40,947 bases of DNA. Origin: a virus. Lineage: Duplodnaviria > Caudoviricetes. The stretch's first letter is position 1. Each line of letters begins with the position of its first letter. The translations under genes and the position numbers were made by a program. This document shows, one piece after another, positions 1-7,446 of the stretch. Below the pieces are notes generated by a model that worked only from the letters and a program-made list of their open reading frames with translations, made no database searches and was not told the DNA's origin. The stretch is taken from positions 1 to 40,947 of the IMG/VR virus record IMGVR_UViG_3300012942_000021. One strand, 5' to 3'.

Positions 1-177
1 GCAGACCTGGAAGGCGCAGACCTGAAAGGCGCAGACCTGGAAGGCGCAGACCTGGAAGGCGCAAACCTGAAAGGCGCAGACCTGGAAGGCGCAGACCTGA
101 AAGGCGCAAACCTGAAAGGCGCAAACCTGAAAGGCGCAGACCTGAAAGGCGCATACCTGAAAGGCGCAGACCTGGAA
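1..177 (+). repeat. 15-bp tandem repeat GCARACCTGRAAGGC, about 12 units
   Basis: Seen directly; nt 1-111 are identical to 40837-40947. Confidence 0.97.
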
Positions 178-483
178 CCAATTAAAAAAGATTTCTTTGA
201 TGTTTTATTAAGAGCAATCTCAGAAATTCCTAATCTAAAAGCTGCAATATTAGCGGGGAAAATTGACGGCTCAACTTACGAAGGCGAATGCGCTTGTTTA
301 TGTGGCACATTAGAAAAATCAACTTCTGAAAAAATACAACAAACAATTTACGATTTGCGAGATGCCTATCGCCCAATTGAAAGATTTTTCCTGGGAATAA
401 ACAAAGGCGACACTCCGGCAAATAATCAATTTGCAAAAATTGTAATGGATTGGATAGAAGAATTTGAGGGGTATATCAAATAA
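1..483 (+). CDS. C-terminal part of pentapeptide-repeat protein (joins 40618-40947 across the origin)
   Basis: Frame 1 reads A(D/N/Y)L(E/K)G repeats, then ...[19 protein letters not shown]...[10 protein letters not shown], stop at 481-483. Confidence 0.9.
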   Translation, partial: ADLEGADLKGADLEGADLEGANLKGADLEGADLKGANLKGANLKGADLKGAYLKGADLEPIKKDFFDVLLRAISEIPNLKAAILAGKIDGSTYEGECACLCGTLEKSTSEKIQQTIYDLRDAYRPIERFFLGINKGDTPANNQFAKIVMDWIEEFEGYIK

Positions 484-508
484 ATTAATTGCGATTGAGT
501 GAGGGGAT

Positions 509-718
509 ATGAAAGAAATTAGCCGTAGTTTTCCAGGAACGCCGAATGACGCACCGTATGTACCAGAATGGTGTTACAAAAATGGACCTAAAATGTGCCC
601 ATGCGGACATCATGAAGGCTATCATGGCGATAATGGAGCGTGCTTACTTGCTAAAAAATGTAAGTGTAATGGATTGCCAGAAAGCTGCTTAACACCGCTT
701 GAGGAAGAATTTACATGA
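509..718 (+). CDS. small Cys/His-rich hypothetical protein
   Basis: GAGGGG RBS; CPCGH...H...C...CKC motif. Confidence 0.7.
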   Translation: MKEISRSFPGTPNDAPYVPEWCYKNGPKMCPCGHHEGYHGDNGACLLAKKCKCNGLPESCLTPLEEEFT

Positions 719-837
719 AACAAAACTTTAATCCCGCCGAAGCTTGGCAAAAAGCAATGGCGAATAATTTTAAAGATAAGCCGAAGCTGCAAGATATTTT
801 ATGTAAACACGTAAAGCGGTGGAAAAGTAAAAAATAA
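715..837 (+). CDS. 40-aa hypothetical protein
   Basis: ATGA overlap with previous stop, GAGGA upstream; MKQNFNPAEAWQK... Confidence 0.5.
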   Translation: MKQNFNPAEAWQKAMANNFKDKPKLQDILCKHVKRWKSKK

Positions 838-847
838 GGGAGGGGTT

Positions 848-1180
848 ATGCAACCAAGGGTTATAAGACTAGTAGATGCGCCTAAATATTTAGGTATGGA
901 TAAGAACCGTTTTAACGATGAAGTAAGAGGTAAGATACCCGAAGTCCCTATAGGTGATCGCGGCATTGGTTTCGATAGACTTGATCTTGATTGGTGGTTT
1001 GATGAATATAAGAAGCGTAACGGGCATTGCGCGGTAGGGAGTAAAAAGAAATGGCAAGAAAACGAACGCCAGGACTCTATTCCAGAAACGGAACGTGGCA
1101 CATCGACAAAGTTGTCCTCAACCGGCGCATTTGCGAAAGCACGGGAACTAGCGACCTCGAAGAAGCGGAAAGGTATCTAG
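848..1180 (+). CDS. xis: excisionase / AlpA-like winged-HTH protein
   Basis: IRLVDAPKYLGMDKNRF...FDRLDLDWW; strong GGAGGGG RBS; overlaps int. Confidence 0.75.
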   Translation: MQPRVIRLVDAPKYLGMDKNRFNDEVRGKIPEVPIGDRGIGFDRLDLDWWFDEYKKRNGHCAVGSKKKWQENERQDSIPETERGTSTKLSSTGAFAKARELATSKKRKGI

Positions 1181-2133
1181 CCAGACGCTGCGAAGAAATA
1201 CGCCAAGCAGCGATTTATGGTGTAAGACCTAAACGATTATTTCGAGACGCGGCAACCAAGTTTTTAACGGAAAACTTGCACAAACGCAGTATTGCGGATG
1301 ATGCAAGCAGGCTTAAATATTTAGACGAATATATAGGCCATATTTCGTTAGATAATATACACATGGGTACCTTGCAAGCATTTATTGATGCTCGCAAAAA
1401 GGACGGTAAAAAAAGCAAAACCATTAATCATGGTTTGAAAGTAGTAAGGCGTATTTTGAATTTAGCGGCCGATAGCTGGCAAGATGAATTTGGTTTAACG
1501 TGGTTGCTGAAAGCACCCAAGATAACGTTATTACCAGAAGATGATTGCAGAAAGCCAAGGCCATTAAATTGGGATGAGCAGACAAAACTATTCAGCGAAT
1601 TGCCTGCCCATCTAGCCGTGATGGCGCTGTTTGCGGTAAATACCGGAACGCGCGATCAAGAAGTATGTCGCCTCAAGTGGGAGTGGGAAATAAAAATACC
1701 AGAGTTAAATACTTCGGCATTTATTATTCCTGCGAAACACGTAAAAAACAAGCATGACCGATTAGTGGTTTTGAATAAGATTGCAAAAAGCATTATTGAT
1801 AGCGCGCGCGGCAAGAACAGTGAGTTTGTTTTTACATACCGCGAAAGACCGATGACGCGAATGCTCAATAGCGCTTGGTGTAGCGCAAGGGAGCGCGCCG
1901 AGATACCCGACGCAAGAGTACATGACTTAAAGCATACATTCGGCAGACGCTTGCGTTCTGCGGGTGTGAGCTTTGAGGATCGGCAAGATTTATTAGGACA
2001 TAAATCAAGTCGCATCACGACACACTATAGCGCGGCCGAGATTGGCAATCTAATTGAAGCGGCTAATAAGGTGTGTGAAGAAGCAAGAAATACGCCGTTA
2101 TTAACGGTGATTAAAAAATCGGTGAATAGTTAA
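1051..2133 (+). CDS. int: tyrosine integrase
   Basis: TGTRDQE, HDLKH, LLGH, TTHY catalytic motifs; next to tRNA-derived att core. Confidence 0.96.
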   Translation: MARKRTPGLYSRNGTWHIDKVVLNRRICESTGTSDLEEAERYLARRCEEIRQAAIYGVRPKRLFRDAATKFLTENLHKRSIADDASRLKYLDEYIGHISLDNIHMGTLQAFIDARKKDGKKSKTINHGLKVVRRILNLAADSWQDEFGLTWLLKAPKITLLPEDDCRKPRPLNWDEQTKLFSELPAHLAVMALFAVNTGTRDQEVCRLKWEWEIKIPELNTSAFIIPAKHVKNKHDRLVVLNKIAKSIIDSARGKNSEFVFTYRERPMTRMLNSAWCSARERAEIPDARVHDLKHTFGRRLRSAGVSFEDRQDLLGHKSSRITTHYSAAEIGNLIEAANKVCEEARNTPLLTVIKKSVNS

Positions 2134-2171
2134 AAATGAGCAGTAGAGAGCACAAGAAAGCATTGCTAGCT

Positions 2172-2199
2172 CCCGCAAAAATCCCGCAAGGCATTTTTG
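2172..2199. repeat. integrase arm-type sites (tandem CCCGCAA), left arm
   Basis: CCCGCAAAAATCCCGCAAGGCATTTTTG, nearly repeated at 2379-2406. Confidence 0.75.
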
Positions 2200-2236
2200 A
2201 AGAGTTTTAAAAATGACTTAAAGTGCTTGGTATTAC

Positions 2237-2281
2237 TGGTGGCCGAAGGTGGAATTGAACCACCGACACAAGGATTTTCAG
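2237..2281 (-). other. attP: attP core: 3' half of tRNA-Phe(GAA)
   Basis: Minus strand reads CTGAAAATCCTTGTGTCGGTGGTTCAATTCCACCTTCGGCCACCA: anticodon loop, T-arm and CCA; tRNA similarity starts at the anticodon loop. Confidence 0.92.
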
Positions 2282-2378
2282 GACGCCACTCATTTTATAT
2301 CTATTTGATTATAAACAATATTTTATCTGCGCATCCCGTTACAAATGCATGATAAAGCATAATAAATCACATTTGAAA

Positions 2379-2406
2379 CCCGCAAAAGTCCCGCAAGGAT
2401 TTTTGG
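2379..2406. repeat. integrase arm-type sites, right arm
   Basis: CCCGCAAAAGTCCCGCAAGGATTTTTGG. Confidence 0.75.
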
Positions 2407-2429
2407 TGGCATTATTGGAGGACCCTAAA

Positions 2430-2468
2430 TCCCGAAGCTAGTGCGCTACCAAACTGCGCCACACCCCG
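2430..2468 (-). pseudogene. 5' half of tRNA-Pro(CGG); possible second att core
   Basis: Minus strand CGGGGTGTGGCGCAGTTTGGTAGCGCACTAGCTTCGGGA: acceptor strand, D-arm, anticodon loop; no T-arm follows. Confidence 0.85.
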
Positions 2469-2565
2469 ATGGTTGATTTTTAACAAGATTTTGATGATTT
2501 TAACATAAACATTGCGGAATAAAACGAGATTTACAGAATATTTTAACTTTAGAGAGGAATTTAAT

Positions 2566-2823
2566 GTGCCAAAGTTTAGAAAGAAACCAGTAATTATTGA
2601 GGCCGAACAATTTACTAACGAAAGTAAAAACAAAGTTTTTAATTTCATAACCTGCAACAAGGCGGCTGACCTTGATCTAGATGGAAACCCTATCCTTAAG
2701 ATACAGACCCTTGAAGGAATCATGATTGCAAGCTTTGGCGATTGGATAATCAAAGGCGTAAAGGGCGAATTTTATCCCTGCAAATCAGATGTTTTTGAAG
2801 CTACTTATGAGCCAGCAGATTGA
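2566..2823 (+). CDS. conserved phage protein (RKKPVIIEAEQF...GDWIIKGVKGEFYPCK family)
   Basis: Recognisable phage motif; GTG start after GAGG. Confidence 0.85.
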   Translation: MPKFRKKPVIIEAEQFTNESKNKVFNFITCNKAADLDLDGNPILKIQTLEGIMIASFGDWIIKGVKGEFYPCKSDVFEATYEPAD

Positions 2824-2854
2824 TTGCGGAATATTTTAACTTTTGAGGTGATTA

Positions 2855-3151
2855 ATGAGCGATACAGTACTAAAGTCAGCGAGCGTTAAAGTAATGCTTA
2901 GTTATGATTATAACCATTTTGAAGCATCGATGACGCTAGAAAATGAGTCAGGAATTTTTCTGAAAGAAATTGATAATGCTCGTAAAGAATGTCAACGGCT
3001 TTGCGATAAAGCAATCAAGCAATATCAGACAGCAAAGCAAGCATGCCATTGGACCCCGGAAGACAAGGCAAAAATTAAAGCTTGGGCGGATTATAACTGG
3101 CAATCTATTTATGACTATCAGGATGACTTTGAGATACCGTTTGAAGATTAA
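2855..3151 (+). CDS. hypothetical protein
   Basis: GAGGTG RBS, 98-aa ORF. Confidence 0.75.
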   Translation: MSDTVLKSASVKVMLSYDYNHFEASMTLENESGIFLKEIDNARKECQRLCDKAIKQYQTAKQACHWTPEDKAKIKAWADYNWQSIYDYQDDFEIPFED

Positions 3152-3184
3152 GCATCTTCCCGTCATCGGGAAAATGGTCAAGGT

Positions 3185-3301
3185 TTTACGTCAATAACAA
3201 CGCAGTAATGCGTAGTTGGAGGTCAGCAGGTCATAGCAATACGCTATATAAATCCTGGGCTGTTGAAGGTGGTGCGGGTTTCAAACTGTTATTGACGTAA
3301 A
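3185..3301 (+). ncRNA. candidate structured RNA 1
   Basis: Perfect 15-bp closing stem TTTACGTCAATAACA/TGTTATTGACGTAAA; internal ACGCA-GTAA-TGCGT and ATAGC/GCTAT hairpins. Confidence 0.6.
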
Positions 3302-3314
3302 TTTAAGGTTAATT

Positions 3315-3494
3315 ATGAGAAAACCAGAAACAATAAAAAAGCAAATAAACACACTGGAACAAAAAATTATTGAACGAATAAAGAAAGGGCGTAATAGCAG
3401 TGGTGCTGGTGGCTTCAATAGAGATTTAAATAATTTACGGCATAAAATAAATCTTCTTAAGGACGAGCTACAAGCAGTTTTAAACGATAATTAA
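3315..3494 (+). CDS. 59-aa basic coiled-coil protein (absent from the ORF track)
   Basis: MRKPETIKKQINTLEQK...VLNDN*; fills the gap between two structured RNAs. Confidence 0.65.
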   Translation: MRKPETIKKQINTLEQKIIERIKKGRNSSGAGGFNRDLNNLRHKINLLKDELQAVLNDN

Positions 3495-3498
3495 AGGT

Positions 3499-3652
3499 TT
3501 TGCAGTAGCGAACAGCAGGCGCTTAATGACGCATTAGGACGTATAGAGAGCCTAATAAACGCTTAAGCGATACATGCTTAGTAGCAAAGATAGTTGCACC
3601 GCTAGACGTTACTATTTGAGGGGAGCCGGAAGCGTATCTTCCTTACTGCAAA
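3499..3652 (+). ncRNA. candidate structured RNA 2
   Basis: Closing stem TTTGCAGTA/TACTGCAAA; nested CGCTTAA/TTAAGCG, ATTAGG/CCTAAT, GGAAG/CTTCC. Confidence 0.55.
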
Positions 3653-3670
3653 TTATTTAACACAGGAGAA

Positions 3671-4141
3671 ATGAGAATGAAGATTGAAAAACAGGTAGAG
3701 AAGCACCCATTAATTCCAAAGCTTATTAAAAAAGAAGTGGTAAGTCTTGATTTGGCCAAGCGGCTACAGGAGCTGAATGTTAAAAATGATAGTTTGTTTA
3801 ATTGGGTTGTATTGGATAAAAACCATCCTTTGTACGAAGTACATTATAAAACAAGACAGCAAGACGATTTAGAAAAATTACTCGCTGGAAGTATCATATA
3901 CGGCAGAGATCCTTATGAAAAATCCTGTGGTGAATTTATCCATTATCCAGCTTACACGGTTGCAGAATTAGGCGAATTATTGCCGGCTAAATATTCAATG
4001 AGCTGGAAGATATCTAAACCACTTTGGTATTGCGCAGAAGATGTATATGACGATTCTATAAGTTTTATGGCTGTGACTGAAGCCGACGCACGAGCAAAAA
4101 TGCTCATTTACTTAATCGAAAACAACTTACTAAAACTATGA
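3671..4141 (+). CDS. conserved phage hypothetical (VVSLDLAKRL...PAYTVAELGELLP...EADARAKMLIYL)
   Basis: AGGAG RBS, common phage motifs. Confidence 0.8.
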   Translation: MRMKIEKQVEKHPLIPKLIKKEVVSLDLAKRLQELNVKNDSLFNWVVLDKNHPLYEVHYKTRQQDDLEKLLAGSIIYGRDPYEKSCGEFIHYPAYTVAELGELLPAKYSMSWKISKPLWYCAEDVYDDSISFMAVTEADARAKMLIYLIENNLLKL

Positions 4142-4149
4142 GGTGAGCT

Positions 4150-4458
4150 GTGCATCCAAAATCAATATTTTGTAATCATAATTATAATTATTCAGAAATA
4201 GCACTTCCTAATGGTCAAAAGAGGATAAAGGAAATTTGTAATAAGTGCGAGATATCAAAAATATATTGCTTGCATGATTACGAAGTTATTTCTAAGACTA
4301 CTCAGCACGGATCGAATTTAGATAATTTCAAGGGAAGTATAGCGGTATTTAGTGAAATTAAGGAATTTCTGAATAGTTGCACAGAAATATTGTTTAAATG
4401 CAAGAATTGCGGAGATTTACATAAGGAAAGCTTAAAGGGAAAAGAAGCAGGTTATTAA
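4150..4458 (+). CDS. Zn-ribbon hypothetical protein
   Basis: Two CxH...CxxC units; GAGGTG RBS. Confidence 0.7.
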   Translation: MHPKSIFCNHNYNYSEIALPNGQKRIKEICNKCEISKIYCLHDYEVISKTTQHGSNLDNFKGSIAVFSEIKEFLNSCTEILFKCKNCGDLHKESLKGKEAGY

Positions 4459-4462
4459 AGAT

Positions 4463-4702
4463 ATGATTATGAAAGAAGAAATAAACAGTCCTAAGCATTA
4501 CACAGCGGGCGGCATAGAGGCTATAGACTATATGCGAGCTAAATCAACTCCAGAAGAATTTATGGGCTTTTTAAAGCTGACCGCGCTTAAGTATTTAAGC
4601 CGCTCTGGCTACAAAGAATCTGCACTAAAGGACTTTAAAAAATGCAGATGGTATCTGGATGTATTAATAAAAGAGGTCGAAGAATCTCAAGACAATAAGT
4701 AG
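4463..4702 (+). CDS. DUF3310 family protein
   Basis: INSPKHYTAGGIEAIDY...KYLSR...DFKKCRWYL. Confidence 0.88.
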   Translation: MIMKEEINSPKHYTAGGIEAIDYMRAKSTPEEFMGFLKLTALKYLSRSGYKESALKDFKKCRWYLDVLIKEVEESQDNK

Positions 4703-4711
4703 GGGGTAAAC

Positions 4712-4785
4712 AGCGCCAGCCGCAAGTGGTCTCAACACAAACGGCTAGCTAACCACAATCAACTATAGGAGAGTCAATTATGGCT
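4712..4785 (-). ncRNA. SymR-like cis-antisense RNA
   Basis: Minus strand AGCCATAATTGACTCTCCTATAGTTGATTGTGGTTAGC then TAGCCG...GTGTTGAGACCAC...CGGCTGGCGCT resembles E. coli SymR as recalled; covers the RBS and ATG of 4780. Confidence 0.7.
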
Positions 4786-5019
4786 AACGTAAAATTAACA
4801 CATAGTATGCGCTTTTTTAAAGCGGTAGAAGTCAAAAAAGATTATGAAAGGCAATTGATAGACTTGCTAACTGACTGGATCATCGAAAAAAATGCCGTGC
4901 ATCCCGATCAGGGGGTGCTGAATTTGATAGTAGCTGAGTTTACCCAGCTTGGTTTTGAGTTAGAAGAACTCGGCAGGGCGACAAGATGCACTCCTTTGAT
5001 GCTGAGAGAAGGGGGTTAA
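4780..5019 (+). CDS. hypothetical protein, probably antisense-regulated
   Basis: AGGAG RBS; no SymE motif. Confidence 0.75.
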   Translation: MANVKLTHSMRFFKAVEVKKDYERQLIDLLTDWIIEKNAVHPDQGVLNLIVAEFTQLGFELEELGRATRCTPLMLREGG

Positions 5020-5020
5020 T

Positions 5021-5281
5021 ATGAATATTAACGAGCAAACTATCCACGAAAAAATGGCCAATATAGAACTTAAACTTTTATCACTAAAAGACGCGCTGGA
5101 AAAGTTATGTATATTAATGTCAAAAAACAAGCTTTATCATCAGAAAGTAGTAGAAATAAATGAAATGATAACAAGTTTGGACAATATGAAATTGCAACTT
5201 AATTACTTTGACGAAGTGATTAAAGATGCAAAACTACAGAGAGAAAATAAACCGTTAATTATTGAGGAGGAAAAAGAGTGA
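5021..5281 (+). CDS. coiled-coil hypothetical protein
   Basis: Operon packing. Confidence 0.7.
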   Translation: MNINEQTIHEKMANIELKLLSLKDALEKLCILMSKNKLYHQKVVEINEMITSLDNMKLQLNYFDEVIKDAKLQRENKPLIIEEEKE

Positions 5282-5472
5282 GAGTTAAAATTGAATACGA
5301 TATAACAGCTACCTATAACACATACCGTGTTTTTGCAAAGAATAAATGGTTTCATTATTGGCAGTATGTAGAGGGTTTTAAAACGCTAGATGAAGCCAAA
5401 CAATACGCCGAGAAATTATTTACACGAGCTATATACCCCTTGATCTATAGGAGCGAAACCGAAATAAAATGA
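5278..5472 (+). CDS. hypothetical protein
   Basis: GGAGG RBS, GTGA overlap. Confidence 0.7.
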   Translation: MRVKIEYDITATYNTYRVFAKNKWFHYWQYVEGFKTLDEAKQYAEKLFTRAIYPLIYRSETEIK

Positions 5473-5738
5473 AACCCGAAATCGAAATGCTAGTGATGGT
5501 CTTTATAGCTGTGCTTATTGTCGTGTTAGCCTCTGCATTGGGAGGCTGCGCGACTAAAACAGTTTACGTGCCATCGGCATGCCCTAAGCCAAGTCTACCA
5601 GCACCACCGACCGACTACATGGCCGAGCTTAAGCCAGGTACGCCTGCGCCTAATTTTGTACGGGCTTGCTTGCTGACACGTGTTAGTGCTATATCTGCTT
5701 ATCAACAATGTGCGCATGTTTGCGGAGGGTATCAATGA
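5469..5738 (+). CDS. outer-membrane lipoprotein, putative o-spanin (Rz1-like)
   Basis: Hydrophobic signal + LGGC lipobox; TKTVYVPSACPKPSLPAPP proline-rich segment; C-terminal helix. Confidence 0.75.
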   Translation: MKPEIEMLVMVFIAVLIVVLASALGGCATKTVYVPSACPKPSLPAPPTDYMAELKPGTPAPNFVRACLLTRVSAISAYQQCAHVCGGYQ

Positions 5739-5974
5739 CTAAAAAACCATTCGATTTGAATTCAAGTGATTACACCGCACAAGAACTTGGAAATGGTTGG
5801 TATATGTGGACACGTTTAACACCTTTTACTGCTATCGAAAAAAGTATTGTCCGCAAGCGAAATAAAAATAAAAAAAATGCTATTAAAATTGATTCAAACG
5901 ACAGCGTAGGAACTGTAGCATTAAAAATCGAGCAAGCTATTAACCGAGCGTTGCTGGAGGTTGAAAATGTTTAA
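5735..5974 (+). CDS. hypothetical protein
   Basis: GGAGG RBS, ATGA overlap. Confidence 0.65.
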   Translation: MTKKPFDLNSSDYTAQELGNGWYMWTRLTPFTAIEKSIVRKRNKNKKNAIKIDSNDSVGTVALKIEQAINRALLEVENV

Positions 5975-6212
5975 ACTCATAACATGTGATGATTTTGTTT
6001 GCAGAGTTGCTCATATACTTACAGCCAACCATTTAACTGACCAAGAAAAGCTTCGTTGTATCAGTTTAACATACACAGAAATGGCCTTCCCCGAAGTAGA
6101 AAGAACGCCTGAACAAGATGTATTATTAGAAAAAATTTATACAAATAGGCATGGACAATATCAACCTCCTGTAGAAGGAACCGTAGTGGCTTTGGATGAC
6201 TTGAAAGACTAA
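5967..6212 (+). CDS. hypothetical protein
   Basis: GGAGG RBS; converges on the lysis cassette. Confidence 0.7.
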   Translation: MFKLITCDDFVCRVAHILTANHLTDQEKLRCISLTYTEMAFPEVERTPEQDVLLEKIYTNRHGQYQPPVEGTVVALDDLKD

Positions 6213-6526
6213 TTAAACTTCAACGGGTGAATTTGTCCAATTCCCCATTGAATGGCCTGATTACAATCATCGGGTATCTCAGCCTTTTTTAATTGTTCCG
6301 TGAGCTTTTTTGTCTCTGCTTGCTCATTAGCAGCTTCCTTTTCCCTGACGCGCAACTTCTTTTCTAGATCGGCGCGCATCTGATTGGCAATATTAGCTGC
6401 GGTTTGATAGGCAACATTATCGCTTTTAAGTTTGATGTTTATATTATACTGCAAATAATTAGCAAAAAGCGATAATAAAAAAGCACCAATTAAGTAACTT
6501 TTCCAATTGGTTAATAGTGATAGCAT
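6209..6526 (-). CDS. putative i-spanin (Rz-like)
   Basis: N-terminal TM segment, periplasmic coiled coil, C-terminal Cys; downstream of endolysin. Confidence 0.75.
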   Translation of the reverse strand: MLSLLTNWKSYLIGAFLLSLFANYLQYNINIKLKSDNVAYQTAANIANQMRADLEKKLRVREKEAANEQAETKKLTEQLKKAEIPDDCNQAIQWGIGQIHPLKFN

Positions 6527-6717
6527 TATTTATCTTCCGTGAAAAAATTAGTGATGAATTTACCGAAAGCGCCTACCACAAGCGCAATCACACCTAATGT
6601 GTGGTAATCACCGATAAGTGATGTTGCCGTCACAAAGGTACTTGCCACCAACAAACTATCACCGATTTTGCGCCATTTTGCGGGTGTTGGTTTGTAGTAG
6701 TTGGATAATTTAAACAT
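6526..6717 (-). CDS. putative holin
   Basis: 63 aa, two TM segments, charged termini. Confidence 0.7.
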   Translation of the reverse strand: MFKLSNYYKPTPAKWRKIGDSLLVASTFVTATSLIGDYHTLGVIALVVGAFGKFITNFFTEDK

Positions 6718-6730
6718 TAAAGCACCTTTT

Positions 6731-7162
6731 TTATGGCTGCAAAAATAATTGCTTTTCTTTAGAGCGGCGCATCACAAGACCGTCTAGCACCTCACCATTA
6801 CCGTATACCCATAAACCAAACTGATTAGCGGCGGCTTTGTATTGGTCATTGTTGAGGTAACGCAAGAGGGTGGAGTTAGCAAAATGCGACCATCCTTCGT
6901 TATAGATAAAATCTATCAAAGCATCATATTGATTTTGATTGATAGTAACTTTAACACAATGATTAATGCATTCTTCGCAGTGTAAAATATCACGTGCTAA
7001 TAATGATTGCGCTGTCGCAACATCTATGGTTGTAAATTTTTCGCAAGGAAGTATTTTGTGGCCATAACCAATAGTGCCATATCCGTCTGCGTCTAAATAA
7101 GGCTTTAATCTTAAGCCTTCGGATTCTTTAATTAAATTAATGCCATGATTGCTTGTTTTCAT
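6731..7162 (-). CDS. endolysin, GH24 phage lysozyme
   Basis: LIKESEGLRLKPYLDADGYGTIGYGH (E-D-T triad), GLVMRRSKE. Confidence 0.95.
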   Translation of the reverse strand: MKTSNHGINLIKESEGLRLKPYLDADGYGTIGYGHKILPCEKFTTIDVATAQSLLARDILHCEECINHCVKVTINQNQYDALIDFIYNEGWSHFANSTLLRYLNNDQYKAAANQFGLWVYGNGEVLDGLVMRRSKEKQLFLQP

Positions 7163-7446
7163 AAGTGTAAATGCCAATATTTCAATATTATGTGATGAAT
7201 ACCAAGCGCTATCAATGCTGTAACGACGTAACTCAGCACTTTCCAACCTGTGCGTTTAGCATTAGTTGCGCCAACGTACTGGCTGATTTTTCCACTGATT
7301 GACTTTACATCTTTTGATATATCGTCTATAGCGTCATCAATTTTATTTAGTCGCCTGTCGATGTGCGCATAATCCCTCTCAAGGCTAATAATGCGGCCTT
7401 CTAAGTTTTGCGAATTTAATGTTTTTTTATCAGTTGATACGTTCAT
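7159..7446 (-). CDS. coiled-coil protein with C-terminal TM (holin/antiholin candidate)
   Basis: Position before endolysin; one TM segment. Confidence 0.6.
   Translation of the reverse strand: MNVSTDKKTLNSQNLEGRIISLERDYAHIDRRLNKIDDAIDDISKDVKSISGKISQYVGATNAKRTGWKVLSYVVTALIALGIHHIILKYWHLHL

Noticed and set aside
1-177. Terminal repeats as a CRISPR array or physical terminal repeats
   Set aside because: No unique spacers; the units encode pentapeptides in frame; the overlap is best explained by circular assembly
2237-2468. A single intron-split tRNA
   Set aside because: The acceptor strands (CGGGGTG vs TTCGGCC) and anticodons do not match, so the halves come from different tRNAs
2412-2753. 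Minus-strand ORF, and similar antisense ORFs inside structural genes
   Set aside because: Shadows of well-supported genes, with no RBS or recognisable motifs
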